From NCBI RefSeq assembly GCF_018977255.1, contig NW_024704743.1, forward strand, positions 77,254,001 to 77,318,000: 64,000 bases of DNA. The letters are read 5' to 3'. A program made the position numbers and the translations under genes. The notes under the pieces are model-generated. The model saw only the letters and a list, made by a program, of their open reading frames with translations. It ran no database searches and was not told where the DNA came from. Below are positions 51,651-63,497 of the stretch, in pieces. This stretch comes from Callorhinchus milii. Lineage: Eukaryota. Each line of letters opens with the position of its first letter. The first letter of the stretch is position 1.

Positions 51651-52109
51651 TTCCTCATCAAAAAACCTAAGTTTCACACTTATTTATCTATTTAACTGCA
51701 AGATTGCTTAATGTCAACATGCCTAGATATTTGAATAAATGAAGAAAAACCCCATATTTAGTCAATAAATTCAAAACAGGTTAAGTGACTACACTGTCTA
51801 TTGTATAAAATACATGCACCACACCCAAATAATTCAAGCAAATCTCCTTTCCTTCTGTTAGTTGCTTCCCAGATGATACATGGGATGAAACTCTTGATAT
51901 TCTGCTGCAATTTGTATCGCTACATTAAGTTATTTGTACCTCACATAATGGGCCATTTTCTAAAGTACTTTAACAAAGTCCCTGAGCTTAAACACTGCAA
52001 TGTGGTCAACACTGTGAATCATCAGTCAGAAAGGAAAGTTAGTCAGAATGACGTCAATAATTCACAGGAAGTGAAATGCTTTGCAAAGCAGAAACTTACT
52101 TTGATATCT

Positions 52110-52145
52110 TAGTATCACTGCAGTATCATTACTGCAGTGATACTA
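52110..52145. repeat. Perfect 16-bp inverted repeat with 4-nt loop
   Basis: TAGTATCACTGCAGTA-TCAT-TACTGCAGTGATACTA. Confidence 0.95.
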
Positions 52146-52405
52146 CACATTTTTTTTGTATATTTTTCACCATCATTTTCTTCCCTCCTCATCTTTGAGA
52201 CGATGACTCAGAGAGAAATTTATAGAGGTGCATAAAGTTTAATTGGTATTGAATTGAATGAAGTAAACTCAGATCAATATTTTAGGATGAAACAAAACAG
52301 TACAAGAGGACATAGGTTTAGAGTTGTAAAGGGCAATTTTAGGACAGTTTTTCTTTACTCAGAGGGTAATTATTGATTCGGGTTTACTTCATTCAATTCA
52401 ATCAG

Positions 52406-52710
52406 GGAATCCTGTAGCTCAGTGGTTAGAGCACTGGCCTTACAACCGAGAGACCTGGTTTTGATCCCCGGCAGGGTGAAACCTTGCGCAAGTTTCCTTA
52501 CTCCACACACCTGATAATAATCCCTCAAAAAAAAATTGGTCACTTCAACTCATGACTGTTTGTGGAACACTGCTGTGCCCAATTGGCTGCTGTATTTCAC
52601 CCACAAAATATACAGTCAATTCACTTTGCAGTATATTCTGTGAAGCCTTTTGAGACATCTTGAAGATGTGAAAAGCGCTATACCAAATGCAAAGATTATT
52701 ATTAATAATA
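52406..52710 (+). mobile_element. Full-length tRNA-derived SINE (same family as 11383)
   Basis: ggaatcctgtagctcagtggttagagcact head, with matching body and tail. Confidence 0.9.
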
Positions 52711-52737
52711 TTAATTAAATACTGGAATAGGTTACCA

Positions 52738-53512
52738 TGACTTCTCCTCCCGCTCTCACCTGGTTACCTGTGCAATACCCCAGGGATCCATCCTCGGCCC
52801 ACTCCTCTTTCTGATCTATATGCTCCCTCTTGGGGATGTCATCCGCAGACATGGGGTACACTTCCACATGTATGTGGACGACACCCAATTCTATTTTTCC
52901 ACCTCCCTTTGCGACCTCCAGTCCCCTGATGTTCTGTCAGCCTGCCTGTCAGATCTCAGGGGCTGGATGAGCGCAAATTTCCTTCAGCTGAACACCGACA
53001 AGACGGAAGCCATACTCTTTGGCTCTCGTCAACATCTAAAATCTCACAGTTCTCACCTCCTCCACCTACCCGACCTACCCCTAAAACTCTCCGAATCCAT
53101 ACACAACCTAGGCGTCAAGTTTGACCCCAATTATCCTTCCTCCCACACATCCGGTCCCTCACCAGTACCGCCTTCTTCCACCTCCAACGCATCACCCGTC
53201 TTTTCCCAATACTTCTCCCCAAAAGCCGCTGAAACCCTGGCCCATGCCTTTGTCACCTCTCCACCCTTGGCAGCCATGCCTTCAGCCACTATGCCCTGAG
53301 GCTCTGGAACTCCCTTCCTCACTCCCTTCGCCTCGCCCCCTCTCTTCCTATTTTCAGGTCTTGGCTGAAGACCTTTCTTTTCGACCGCGCCTTTGGTCAC
53401 CTTCCTCCCCCTCCTCCTGGCTCGGGCCCGGGATCCGTTAATGTGAAGTGCTCTGAGACACTGTCCGACGTGGAGGGCGCTATAGAAATCCCAGTTATTA
53501 TTGTTGTTGTTG
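52738..53512 (+). mobile_element. L2 LINE fragment of a divergent subfamily, internally deleted
   Basis: ORF 52820-53299 with HFHMYVDDTQFY, NFLQLN and NLGVKFD; (TTG)n tail. Confidence 0.9.
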
Positions 53513-54299
53513 CCAGGAAAAGTGGTAGAGGCCAGGGCTCTAGACTCATTTAAAAAGCAGCTTGATGCTGCTGTGGGAGGGAGTAGGAGGGTGGGGTTTC
53601 TGGAGGCATGAGATCAGATAGGCTGAAGGGTCTTCTCCAATCAAACTAATCTTGTGATTTTATGAATGGGATAATTTTATAAATTTCACAATCGTTCTTG
53701 GATACTTCACCCAAGTGACCATTTTCTACATGTGGGCCTTGATGTGGGTTGTTGGCCTGCTTTTCTACTGCACTAGCACAGCCTGCTAACTTGTAACAAC
53801 ACTATTGGGTGGGTGGGAGGAGTCCAAGCCTAGTCGTAAAGAATTGCAGAAAAATAATTTTCAAGTTAAGACTGAGTTGAAGAATTTTCTAAAATTCTGC
53901 ACCATATTAAATTTGAGGGCAATGGTTTTCAAGCTAAAATGAGGTCGAATTTCAGGCTTCAGGATTGGGAATCGTGCCCAATTGCAGGTCATTACGTGTT
54001 TTTTTTTGTTACTTACATTCGTTCGCTTGCAAAATATGCAGTCTCGACACTTTACAGTAAATTTTGTGACATCCTCCTGGATGTGAAAAGGGTTGAACCA
54101 AATGCTGGGATTATTATTATATTATTATTGTTGTTGCTTCAACCATGTTAAGTGTAACTTGCGGTGGGTCTTGCTATTGTTAATATGAAAATGGAGTGAA
54201 GTGGAATTAACTGGATTTCAGGAAAATGTAATGTAAGGGAAATGACATTTCTCGGTAAGACTCTGGATTGTGTCAGAAGTGTTCACAATGACGATCATA

Positions 54300-55400
54300 C
54301 CACTCCTTGTGGTGCCAACCTGGAATCAGAAAAAAAGGTGTTAATTGCTGTGCTAATTACAACATGATTGCTTTGCACTTGTTTTGCACTTGCAGGTGAT
54401 TAAATTTTTAACCAAGCATAATACTTGGCACTATTAGCTCAGTTAACACATTTCTGCTTGTGCCTTGGGAAAAAAAATCTTGCACTGGACCCTTTCCCTG
54501 GCTGCGATATGGTGGTGTGTTTGGAGCAGGCGCCCCCTTCCCCCACACTCCCCTCCTCCCACACTCACTTTCCCACTCGCCCACACCCCTCCCTGCTTCA
54601 CTTCTGCCTGTTCGTGAAGCACTGTGATTTCTAACTCGTAGAAAAAAAAACAGCAGCCCATTATAAATGTACCCAGCATGTAATACCAACCAGATGCTGA
54701 TGCTGAACTCACAGAGGTATTAGCTAAACATTAGACAGCGCTGTTGATGCCAGTCTCACAGTCTTCATTTAAAACTAAGGTAGCTCCAGTCAGTGCGGCA
54801 AGAGTGTCAGAGGATTTCATAGGAAGGCAGTGAAATGACAGCAAGTTCCGTGTGATTTATTTTTGCATAGCTGTGTGTGCTCCCAGCTGAACCAAAGCAT
54901 GGGAAACTTGCATCTGTTCCATAAGCAGACTTGTATCTTTGTGTTCCCACTGTGAAGCAGACTGCACGCAAACACACACATGCGCACACATACACACACA
55001 TCGTTCTCCTGTGATATCTTACTTGACATCTCCTCTCTTGGGATATTGGAGGAAAGGTTGGGTGGTAGCACCTGAGGTAGGATTTACCACCCCCAGGCTG
55101 TATTTTTCACCCTAAAGAAAGCTGGGAAAACTTGCTGAACCATTTGCCACACTCCAGGCACAATAAGGGTTCACTGTTATCAATAAGCCAATGATCCTAT
55201 TATAATCGCACGTCATTTATTTAATTAATTTCAGGGAGATTAAGTTCACATTTGTTATGTGTACAGTTTGGCCAGTTGGACACAATGACAACATGGGAGC
55301 ATTCAGCCAGCTTTCATTTAAGTGAATTTAAGTTGATTCATAAATCTACACTATTTATTTAACAGGTTAACAAGTTTTGCACCGTCCTTTGCCTGGTACT
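54300..55400. promoter_or_regulatory. Candidate conserved non-coding block
   Basis: No recognisable transposon; clustered TAATT/ATTA and ACAAT motifs; AP-2-like CCCCCAGGC at 55090. Confidence 0.35.
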
Positions 55401-56009
55401 TATACAAACATACTGTTCCTACAATCAAATAAAGAAAGAATACAAGCACATGAGATTGTTGGCACTGACTTACTGCTGTCACTTTAACAAGAGCCTATGT
55501 TCATTATATTAAATGTTTCCAGTAAAGTAAGTAACAAACTCAATTTATTCATTGTGATTTCTAAATACACTATATTCATTTTGACAAGGTATTGCTTTCT
55601 CGCGGTACTCCATCACGGTTGACACTGGAGCTAGTTTGCATCTGCATTTTTATAGATTGAAAATATGTCTATGATTGCATTTTTCATGTTTATGTTCCAC
55701 AATATGCACTGTGACAAAGAAAGCTAGGAGAGGTGTGGCAATGCCAAGGATATTGTGGTGAATTGCTACAGCTGAGTTCTCACCATTTACTTATGCCTTG
55801 TCTTCTCCTGGGCTGGAAACTTTTCAACTGTACACTTTTCAACACCTTCAGATTTTAACCATCTGCTGAAACATTGTGGCTGAAGCGTTATTTGGAATCT
55901 CTCCACTGGTATCATCCAGCGATGACGAGAACAAGACTTTACACTTAAATAATACCGGTGAAACTGCACATGGCGATGTTGGTAGGGCATATTCTCAGCT
56001 TCAATCAGC

Positions 56010-56085
56010 TTCACAATTGGCCGCAGGCTAGGGTGTGGGAGAATCAACCAGGGTTCAAGTGGCTGATCACTATCCAGTAATCCCT
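56010..56085 (+). mobile_element. Ancient tRNA-SINE core fragment
   Basis: acaattggcc..ggctaggg..aatcaaccagggttc..ctgatcactatccagt. Confidence 0.55.
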
Positions 56086-56568
56086 ATTAGGGTTGAAAAA
56101 GGACTCTCTGGGAGAATGGGAGTGTAAGAGGGGCTAGGTAGTTGATAAAGCATCTTATAATGTGAAATGTGTTTCCTCTAGGGAGGACCCATTTTATGTA
56201 ACAACGACACTTGAGAACTCGACTCTGATCCATAACTATCTGTTGATAACATTTCTGGGAGTGGTGGCTAGGAACAGTTAATGTGCCTTGCAGCATAAGA
56301 GAGCTACATTAAAACAAAGCACTGATGTTAAACCATTGACGATACCTCTAGTATCTATAATTCAGTTTGTTTCAGGATTTAGTGACTGGACCACTGGAGA
56401 GCAAAAACTGGACAAATCCCAGGAAATTGAAAGGATTCAGGGTTGTTCAGTGATCAGATAGAATTGTCTAAGGAATCTTTTGAGAAGTTGTATAGGTTGC
56501 TCCATGGACTAATGGATCTCTCCTGCAAGAAACTTATTGTTATGTTACTGGAGAAAACAGAAGAATAT

Positions 56569-57056
56569 CAACAACAACAACAAGATTTCATTTATAGAGC
56601 GCCTTTCACGTCGGGAGGACGTCCCAAGGCCCTGGACAATTGGGTCGGGACCCGAGCAGGGGGGAAATGGTCAGGGTGGGGGAAGGGAGGGAGCAAGGAA
56701 GGGGTAGAGAATCGAAAGGGGAGCTGAAGGTACGGTTGAAGAGAAAGGTCTTGAGACCGGCCTTGAAGGAGGAAAGGGAGGAAGCAAGGCGAAGGCACTG
56801 GGGGATGGAGTTCCAGAGCCTAGGGGCTGAGAGGCTGAAAGCCCGGCCAACGATGGTAGGGCGGTTGGGGTGGGGGATGTGGAGCAGACCGGAGCCAGAG
56901 GAATGGAGGGTACGGGCAGGTAAGTAGGGGGTTAGCAGGTCGGAGAGGTAAGAGGGAACAAGGCTGTGAATGGCCTTGTAGGTGAGGATGAGGATCTTGA
57001 ATTCGATCCTCTGGGGGATGGGGAGCCAGTGGAGGCGAGCGAGGGTGGGAGTGATA
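56569..57056 (-). mobile_element. Young L2 3' fragment
   Basis: Minus ORF ITPTLARLHWLPIPQRIEFKILILTYKAIH..APRLWNSIP..SFKAGLKTFLF; (CAA)n tail. Confidence 0.93.
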
Positions 57057-59341
57057 TCGATCGCAAGGTGCCAGGAACTGCAATTGGAAGAGATGATAGA
57101 CTGGACTCCTAATGGGAAACTGAAAATGGCAATGGGCAATGTGCAGAGGAACTGTGTCAGGGCACCGGAGTGTAACAGTCTCTCAAACACACTCACATAT
57201 AGATGGACAATTGGGATTGGGTTAAAATTGCTGCTTGGAAATAGACAGAAAACAACTTGATTTGGAGGATTTAAAATTCCGATTCAGCACTCATGTTGAG
57301 TGGGGCTAAGAAATAGATCTTGGACACATTCAGCTGTCTGTGTTTAGTGAATTATTGGTCAGAACAAAATGTCAAAATTTGGAACGTGATAAGGCTTTAT
57401 ATAAAATGCAAGGATTATTGTTATTATTATTACTTAAGTAGGTTGACAAAAATATGCACAGTCAACCAGGAACCAACCAGGCACAGGCAATGTTAACTTT
57501 ATAAGGCGACAAGAGCTAACTGGTTCAGCTTGAGGCAAATGCAGGTTGGCTTCTATGTTACTTGTTTATCATAATATTTATTGAAACAAATGGGGGTGTG
57601 TGGAGAGAAATGAAAACAGAAACAAACAGACAGATATGCCTTGTGCTGACAATCACAGGCAATGCCAACAGTAAGTGTGTGTGTGCGGGGGGAGGGAGGG
57701 AGCCGATAAAGTTCCTGATACATAGAGAATAATGTGGAAACTATTATTTTGTCAGTGAAAGGGGGCGAGTGGGTGAAGTTTAAATAGAAACACCTTTTAA
57801 GTTTTCAATTCAATCTTTATTCAAGCCCCTGTAACTTTGAGAAGGTTGAGTTGTGTTAAATGGGGCATAGCTTTTAATTCTCTGGGGTTGCGGCTGATGC
57901 CTGTGGAGGCCTACAAATGATCTTGACTAATATTTATGACTGGATGTTATTTTTCTGATGGGAATAACCTGGATGTAACATCTGAGGTAAGCGGTTAATA
58001 TTTCTCTGCTTCAGTGAAATATCATTGGGACAACATAATTAATTCATTCCTGCCTAATATCTGATGGCTCAAGAATTTTATTAGAAACAACCTGGTCTAG
58101 TTTCCTTGAGCTGTGCCTTAATTCCCAGTCTCTATATATCATTTCCTCTCCCACTCCAGTTTCCTTTCCCATTCCAGCTGGCTGAGGCCAACTGCCTGAG
58201 CCTATGTGTGTGTGAATCTTCGAAGCGGACACCTGTCAGTCTCTCATGCTCCACACCATGTGGTTAGTGAACCATCTAGGTGCGGGGGAGGGAGGTTGTC
58301 TGCAGATGGGACCCCAAAAGTGACACAAGAATAATGGTTCCCTATTCCAGTCATCAAATAGCTGACCTAAAAGATGAAAATACTCTCTTGGATGTACAAC
58401 AAATAAAAAAAAATTCACAGGATGCCAGCTGAAGAGATGACTGCAGGTTACAGATTTTATTCCCAGTACTTGGTGATTCGTTTTTTGCACAATTTCAAAT
58501 AAGAAAAAGGAAAGTAACTTCTTTTAAAGCAATTGCAATTTGCTTTTTCGCCGTAACAATTTATTCCTTGTAGTACACAACTTGAAAACATTACATCAGT
58601 ACCAATAACATATTGATATTTTTTATGTGTTTCTTTATAAAGCACAATCAGAAATACATGTAATTGACAGAATCTGTGATGATTTTAAATCTGTTTAGAA
58701 AAAAATGTTAATTTAAAGTTCAGCGTGTTCCTCTTACAACCAGAAAACGTCATCTATCACCACAGTGCGATGTATTTTAATGAATCCACAATGGAGGCCA
58801 TCAATAAGTCAATACTGAATATATTATTCAACAAGTATTTACCAGAATAGGTGACAATTTTTCATTAGACAGCAGCTTGGTTTCTGTGCCGTGTAATGCA
58901 CACATTCACAGCTAATGCTAGATGGATACACAGTGCGGTTATTTATTTTGAAAATATTAGTTATTGTGATAATGGTTTAGTGAACAGAGCACTGGGTGAT
59001 GTATTGCAGTCTAACCTGTGTCACCTCAAAATTATTTCTATCTGGAATAATGTTTTTATTCCGAACTATGTTTATTTGTATTGTTAAGGGAGGGGAGCTT
59101 AGCATTTGAATGAAGACACTAAAAACATTATAGGAACATGGTCAGGTTTAAGAGGACTTTTAGTTCCTCCAGGTGAAGTTCTATTGTTTTTGTTCAAAAG
59201 TTGTTCCATTTTTTTCATAAAAAGGTTTGTTTGCCAGTCAAAGAGAATTTGTATAATATTGTATAATACACCCTCTCTACAACCTACTCCTTATTATAAT
59301 ACTCTCTGATGGAACTCATATTGGTTTTGGAGCTTTATCTT

Positions 59342-59702
59342 GGTGTCAGCCTGGTTGAACTGGTAGCACTCTTGCCTCTGAGTTTGTAACCTAATTGCAC
59401 CAATGGAGGGGGAGTGCTTCATAAGTGCTTCAAAGATATTCACAGTACTTTTTGTGAAGTGTAGGGATTGTGTATTTGTAGGCATACACAACAGCCAATG
59501 AAAAAAATGACCAATTTTATCGGGGGATTGTTGGACAGGACGTCAGGAGAAACTCCGTTTTCTTTTTGAGCCGCACTGCAGGATCTTTAACGCCCACTTG
59601 AACTGGCAGACGAGACCTCAGTTTAACATCTCATTCAAACAGTGCTGGTTGAATGTTCAGGTGGATGTTAAAGATTCCATGGCACTGTTCGAAAAGAGAG
59701 TT
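59342..59702. mobile_element. Nested DeuSINE pieces (+ head, - body, + core)
   Basis: Plus-strand head at 59342, minus-strand body ~59420-59636, plus-strand core 59655-59700. Confidence 0.65.
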
Positions 59703-59718
59703 TTTTTTGAATAAATGA

Positions 59719-60735
59719 ATAAAAATAATAATAATAATCCTTGCATTTGATAATAGTGCCTTATCACAAAATCAAGTCATCTTAAAGTGTTTCACAGAAT
59801 ATATTGTAAAGCAAATTGACTGTATATTTTGTGGGCAAAACGTGGCAGCCAAAATGCACAGCAGTGCTCCATAAACAGTCGTGGATTGAGTGACCAATTT
59901 CTTTTTGTTTTGAAAGAATTATTACCTCCCGGAAAAGCAATCTGCCAATCAACTAGCTGTCGCCCGGCTCCGACACTGTCTCACACCGCAGGCCGCCAAA
60001 ACCCTCATACATGCTTTCATTACATCGAGGCTCGACTATGCAAACTCATTGCTTGTCGGCCTCCACAACTCCTCCCTCCACAGGCTGCAGATCATCCAGA
60101 ACTCTGCAGCCTGTGTCCTCTCCCGCACCAGGCTCCGCGACCCTATCACCCCCATCCTTGCCCAACTCCACTGACTTCCCATCACACAGAGGATACAGTT
60201 CACCTGGTCCTCACCTTCAAAGCCCTCCACGGTCTTGCTCCTGCCTACCTCTCCGATCTCCTAACCCCCTACCATCCTGTTCGCTCCCTCTGCTCAGCGG
60301 GCTCTGGCCTGCTTCACGTCCCCGACCTTGCTCGCCCCACTATCAGTGGGCGGGACTTCCGCCACTCTGCGCCCACCCTCTGGAACTCCATCCCTCAGTC
60401 CCTCTGTCTTGCACCCTCTCTCACCACCTTCAAGACCCACCTCAAGACCCTCCTCGTTGACCGTGCTTTCGATCTCCCTGCTTACCCCCTGCCCTCCAAC
60501 CTCCCCCACCCCGACCCCCAGCTCGGGTCCATAACTCTGCCTGTCCAGTGCCTTGGGATGTCCTCCCGATGTGAAAGGCGCTATAAAAATGTAATTTTGT
60601 TGTTGTTGTTGTTCCCACATACTGCTAGGTATGTGTGTGTGTGTGGAGTAAGGAGGCTTGCCCAAAGTTTCGCCCTGTCCAGGAATCGAACCTAGGTCTC
60701 TCGCTTGCGTGGCAAGTGATCGAACCACTGAGCTA
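59719..60735 (-). mobile_element. tRNA-SINE long variant split by L2 (body 59719-59959, head 60611-60735)
   Basis: The two halves join as caactagctg | gttcccacatactgctagg, matching the unsplit copy at 7641-7675. Confidence 0.82.
59960..60610 (+). mobile_element. L2 3' fragment
   Basis: LVLTFKALHGLAPAYLSDLL..APTLWNSIP..FKTHLKT; (TTG)n tail. Confidence 0.93.
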
Positions 60736-60766
60736 AATGTTTATAATCAGTGATGAATTGGTAGAC

Positions 60767-61233
60767 AACAACAACAAATTAGATTTATAGGGAGTACATC
60801 CCAAGGCGCTGGACAATCAAAGATTTGCACCCGAGCTGGAGTTTTGAATCAAGAAGAGTGGAGAGCAAGGGGGTGGTGGTGGGAAGACGACCGAAGCTGC
60901 GGTCGAAGAGGAAGGTCCAGAGATGTGCTTTGAAGGAGGCAAGGGAGGGGGCTGGGCGAAGGTATTCCAGGATGGAGTTCCACAGGTTGATGCCAGAAAA
61001 GCTGAAGGCCTGACTGCCAGTGGTGAAGCGGACAGGGTGGAGGACATGGAGCAGGCAAGAGCCCAATGAGTGGAGAGAGCAGGGACCCAATGAATCCGTG
61101 CGAGGATAGCGGTGATCATCTCACAGAGCTTAGAGCGTTAGAGGACATGATCTGCAGATTCTGGATAATCTAGAGTTTATGGAGAGAAGAGTTGGGGAGT
61201 CCCTGGAAGTCCAGGGAATTTGCATAGTCAAGA
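60767..61233 (-). mobile_element. L2 3' fragment
   Basis: Minus ORFs ITAILARIHW and LWNSILEYLR..SFKAHLWTFLF; (CAA)n tail. Confidence 0.88.
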
Positions 61234-62359
61234 CAGACATCAATATATACAGGACTGTAAATAACAAAAACAACTTACACTGATATAGTACTCTTCATGT
61301 GGGTTAGAAACTCTGAGTGGTTTATGACACCCTATAATATTTGCTAACAATTCCTCACTGCCATTGGATTATGTATAATTTTTTAAAAACCACAGATTTA
61401 CTTGGATCTGAAGTCTCTGATGTCTTACACAAATAAACAGCATGGAATGCATTTAAATAGCATTTGAATCTGAAGAGCATCAAGCACTAGCAGTGGACAG
61501 AATGTTTAAATAAAGAAGTGCTGATGGTACAGTTATAGACCTCAGTGCGATGTTCTCAGTGTGAGTGTACCAGAAGAAAAGAGACCGCTCACTGTGTTAG
61601 CAGGGACTGTGCTAAGCTTAGCCTCAAAGTGATTGCCTTGCCTCCTGTTTGGATAGGTCATGCTGCAGTGATACTTTTCGGCAGGCTGCCACTCAGGATC
61701 ATTTGCTCTCAGTGTATCAGACAGTAGCGAGTGGGCCATCCAAACCATTACATGGGTAATGTTGATTTGTGTGCAACATAATATTATTTAATGGCTTGTT
61801 TGATTGACAATCATTTTGGATTCATCAATGTGGAAGTCTGCATGGATTCATTTTTTAAAAAAAATACCAGGTACAGTACTGTCAGGCTAAGTAAGCCTGG
61901 TACTTGACATTGGATTTAGACCTTCAGAATATCAAGGTGGCTGGCATGTCACAAGCTGTCCTGGAAAGGTCCTCCTACTACATTGAAGGTAAATGTCAGA
62001 TTAATAGCTGATGAGGTATCTCTGAGGCTTGGTACAACAGCTGCTGGAAGGCATTACCTGAAGTCTGGGTTTGTGAACACACTTAACCACAGCTTGGAAT
62101 CCATCTTGATTGGCTCGCAGAGAGGTAAGCAGCTGCTGCTCAACCATTCTACCTCCAACTGGTGGAACTATCGCTCAATGGGAAAGGACGTGTATCAGAG
62201 TTGTGGTCAGGAAGGTGGTGGCAATGCTCTAATGCATGTTGAGAGAAAGATGAAGTGGTTACGTTGAAAAGTTAAATTGATCTTTTTTACTCTGCAGAAA
62301 TTATTATTATGCTTGTTTCCCAGAGTACATGGAATGCTTTGATGTACATTAAAGGTGGA

Positions 62360-62545
62360 GGAATCTCCTGCTGTGACAATCTCCTATCATTCTGACCCTT
62401 GTCCCCTCCATCATTTTAGCTCTTCTCCCCACCATCAGTCGGCAAGATTTCACTCTCTAAAAATCTCTCTGCCACATTCCCTCTCTCTGTGCTTTCAATA
62501 CCCATCTGAACACCTCTCTCTTTGACTGCACTTTCGACCTCCTCC
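62360..62545 (+). mobile_element. Old L2 3' fragment
   Basis: cccaccatcagtcggc..ctttcaatacccatctgaacacctctctctttgac. Confidence 0.5.
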
Positions 62546-62619
62546 ACCAATATCCCACACCGTCTTAATAAAATTATTTGAGATATTTTCCTGTGAGAAA
62601 GGCATCATAAAAGTGCAAA

Positions 62620-63497
62620 TTGTCTTAATCGATATTGAGCAGAGAACCCGGCAGCGTGAGGAGGAAACTGAGTGAGGTGGAACAGAGTAGAAATTCTGTG
62701 CAGGAATTTGGTAAGAGTGGGAATTCTTCAGCAAGAGAAATGAGCAAGTGAGAACTCTTTCATTCAGCAGAAGAGTGGGAAATCTTTCTTGAGGAAGAGA
62801 CAACCTTTTATGTAAGTAGGCAAACAAGTCAAATTAGTCACAGGCCAGGTGTTGGGGATTAGTAAATTTATTGACCAGTTGAAACTGGGTGTGTCTGAGG
62901 CCTATATGAAGGGGAAGAATTGCTTGTGCCTCACTCAAACAGAGAGTTCAGTGGTGTGAGGAGGTAATTGAGTGAGGTGGAACAGAGTAGGGATTCTGAG
63001 CAGGAATTTGGTGAGAGTGGGAATTTGGTGCAGCGGGGAAAAGAAGTACATCATTATGAAATGTATAATATTTATATTAAAATAATATAAAACATGTCTG
63101 GGAATATGGCAGGGCAGCTGAAACCTGTTGGATGCACAATGTGTGCCATGTTTGAATTCCAGGATGCTTTGTGTGCCCTGGGCAAACATGTGTATAGGAA
63201 GTGCCTCTGGCTGCTTGAGCTTGAGTTCAAGGTTTCTGAGCTTGAGGAGAGACTGAAGTCATGACATAGCATATGGGAGGCTGTCACCCCACAGCCACAG
63301 AGGGTTCAGAAGGGGAGAGGCAGAAATCCCCTGAGAGTGTGGTACTCACAAACTGATTCTCTGTACTGAATATTGCTGAGGGTGATGACACCTCTGGGGA
63401 GATGAGTCAAAAGCAAATGGATGCACAGGGGGACACAGGGAAGAGTGTCAAGGCAGTTGTTATTGGAGACATAACAGTGAAAAGAGTAGACAGATCT
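62620..63497 (+). mobile_element. CR1-clade LINE 5' end: repeated 5' UTR and degenerate ORF1
   Basis: ATG 63106 opens MAGQLKPVGCTMCAMFEFQDALCALGKHVYRKCLWLLELEFKVSELEERLKS* (Cys knuckle plus coiled coil). AVVIGDITVKRVDR from 63453 resembles the start of the ORF1 esterase domain. Confidence 0.75.

Larger units (their letters stand above)
52210..53666 (+). mobile_element. CR1 3' fragment split by a SINE and an L2 (CR1 parts ~52210-52370, 52716-52737, 53513-53666)
   Basis: The pieces rejoin as acaagaggacatagg..ttctttactcagagggtaat | aatactggaataggttacca | ggaaaagtggtagaggc..cttgtgattttatga. Confidence 0.82.

Noticed and set aside
59829..60695. 288-aa ORF, the longest in the track
   Set aside because: Accidental read-through across antisense SINE, L2 fragment and SINE head; only the middle part is in the L2 frame.
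61920..61988. Possible 69-nt symmetric exon (LQNIKVAGMSQAVLERSSYYIE)
   Set aside because: Weak polypyrimidine tract, unrecognised peptide and no partner exons; expected by chance.
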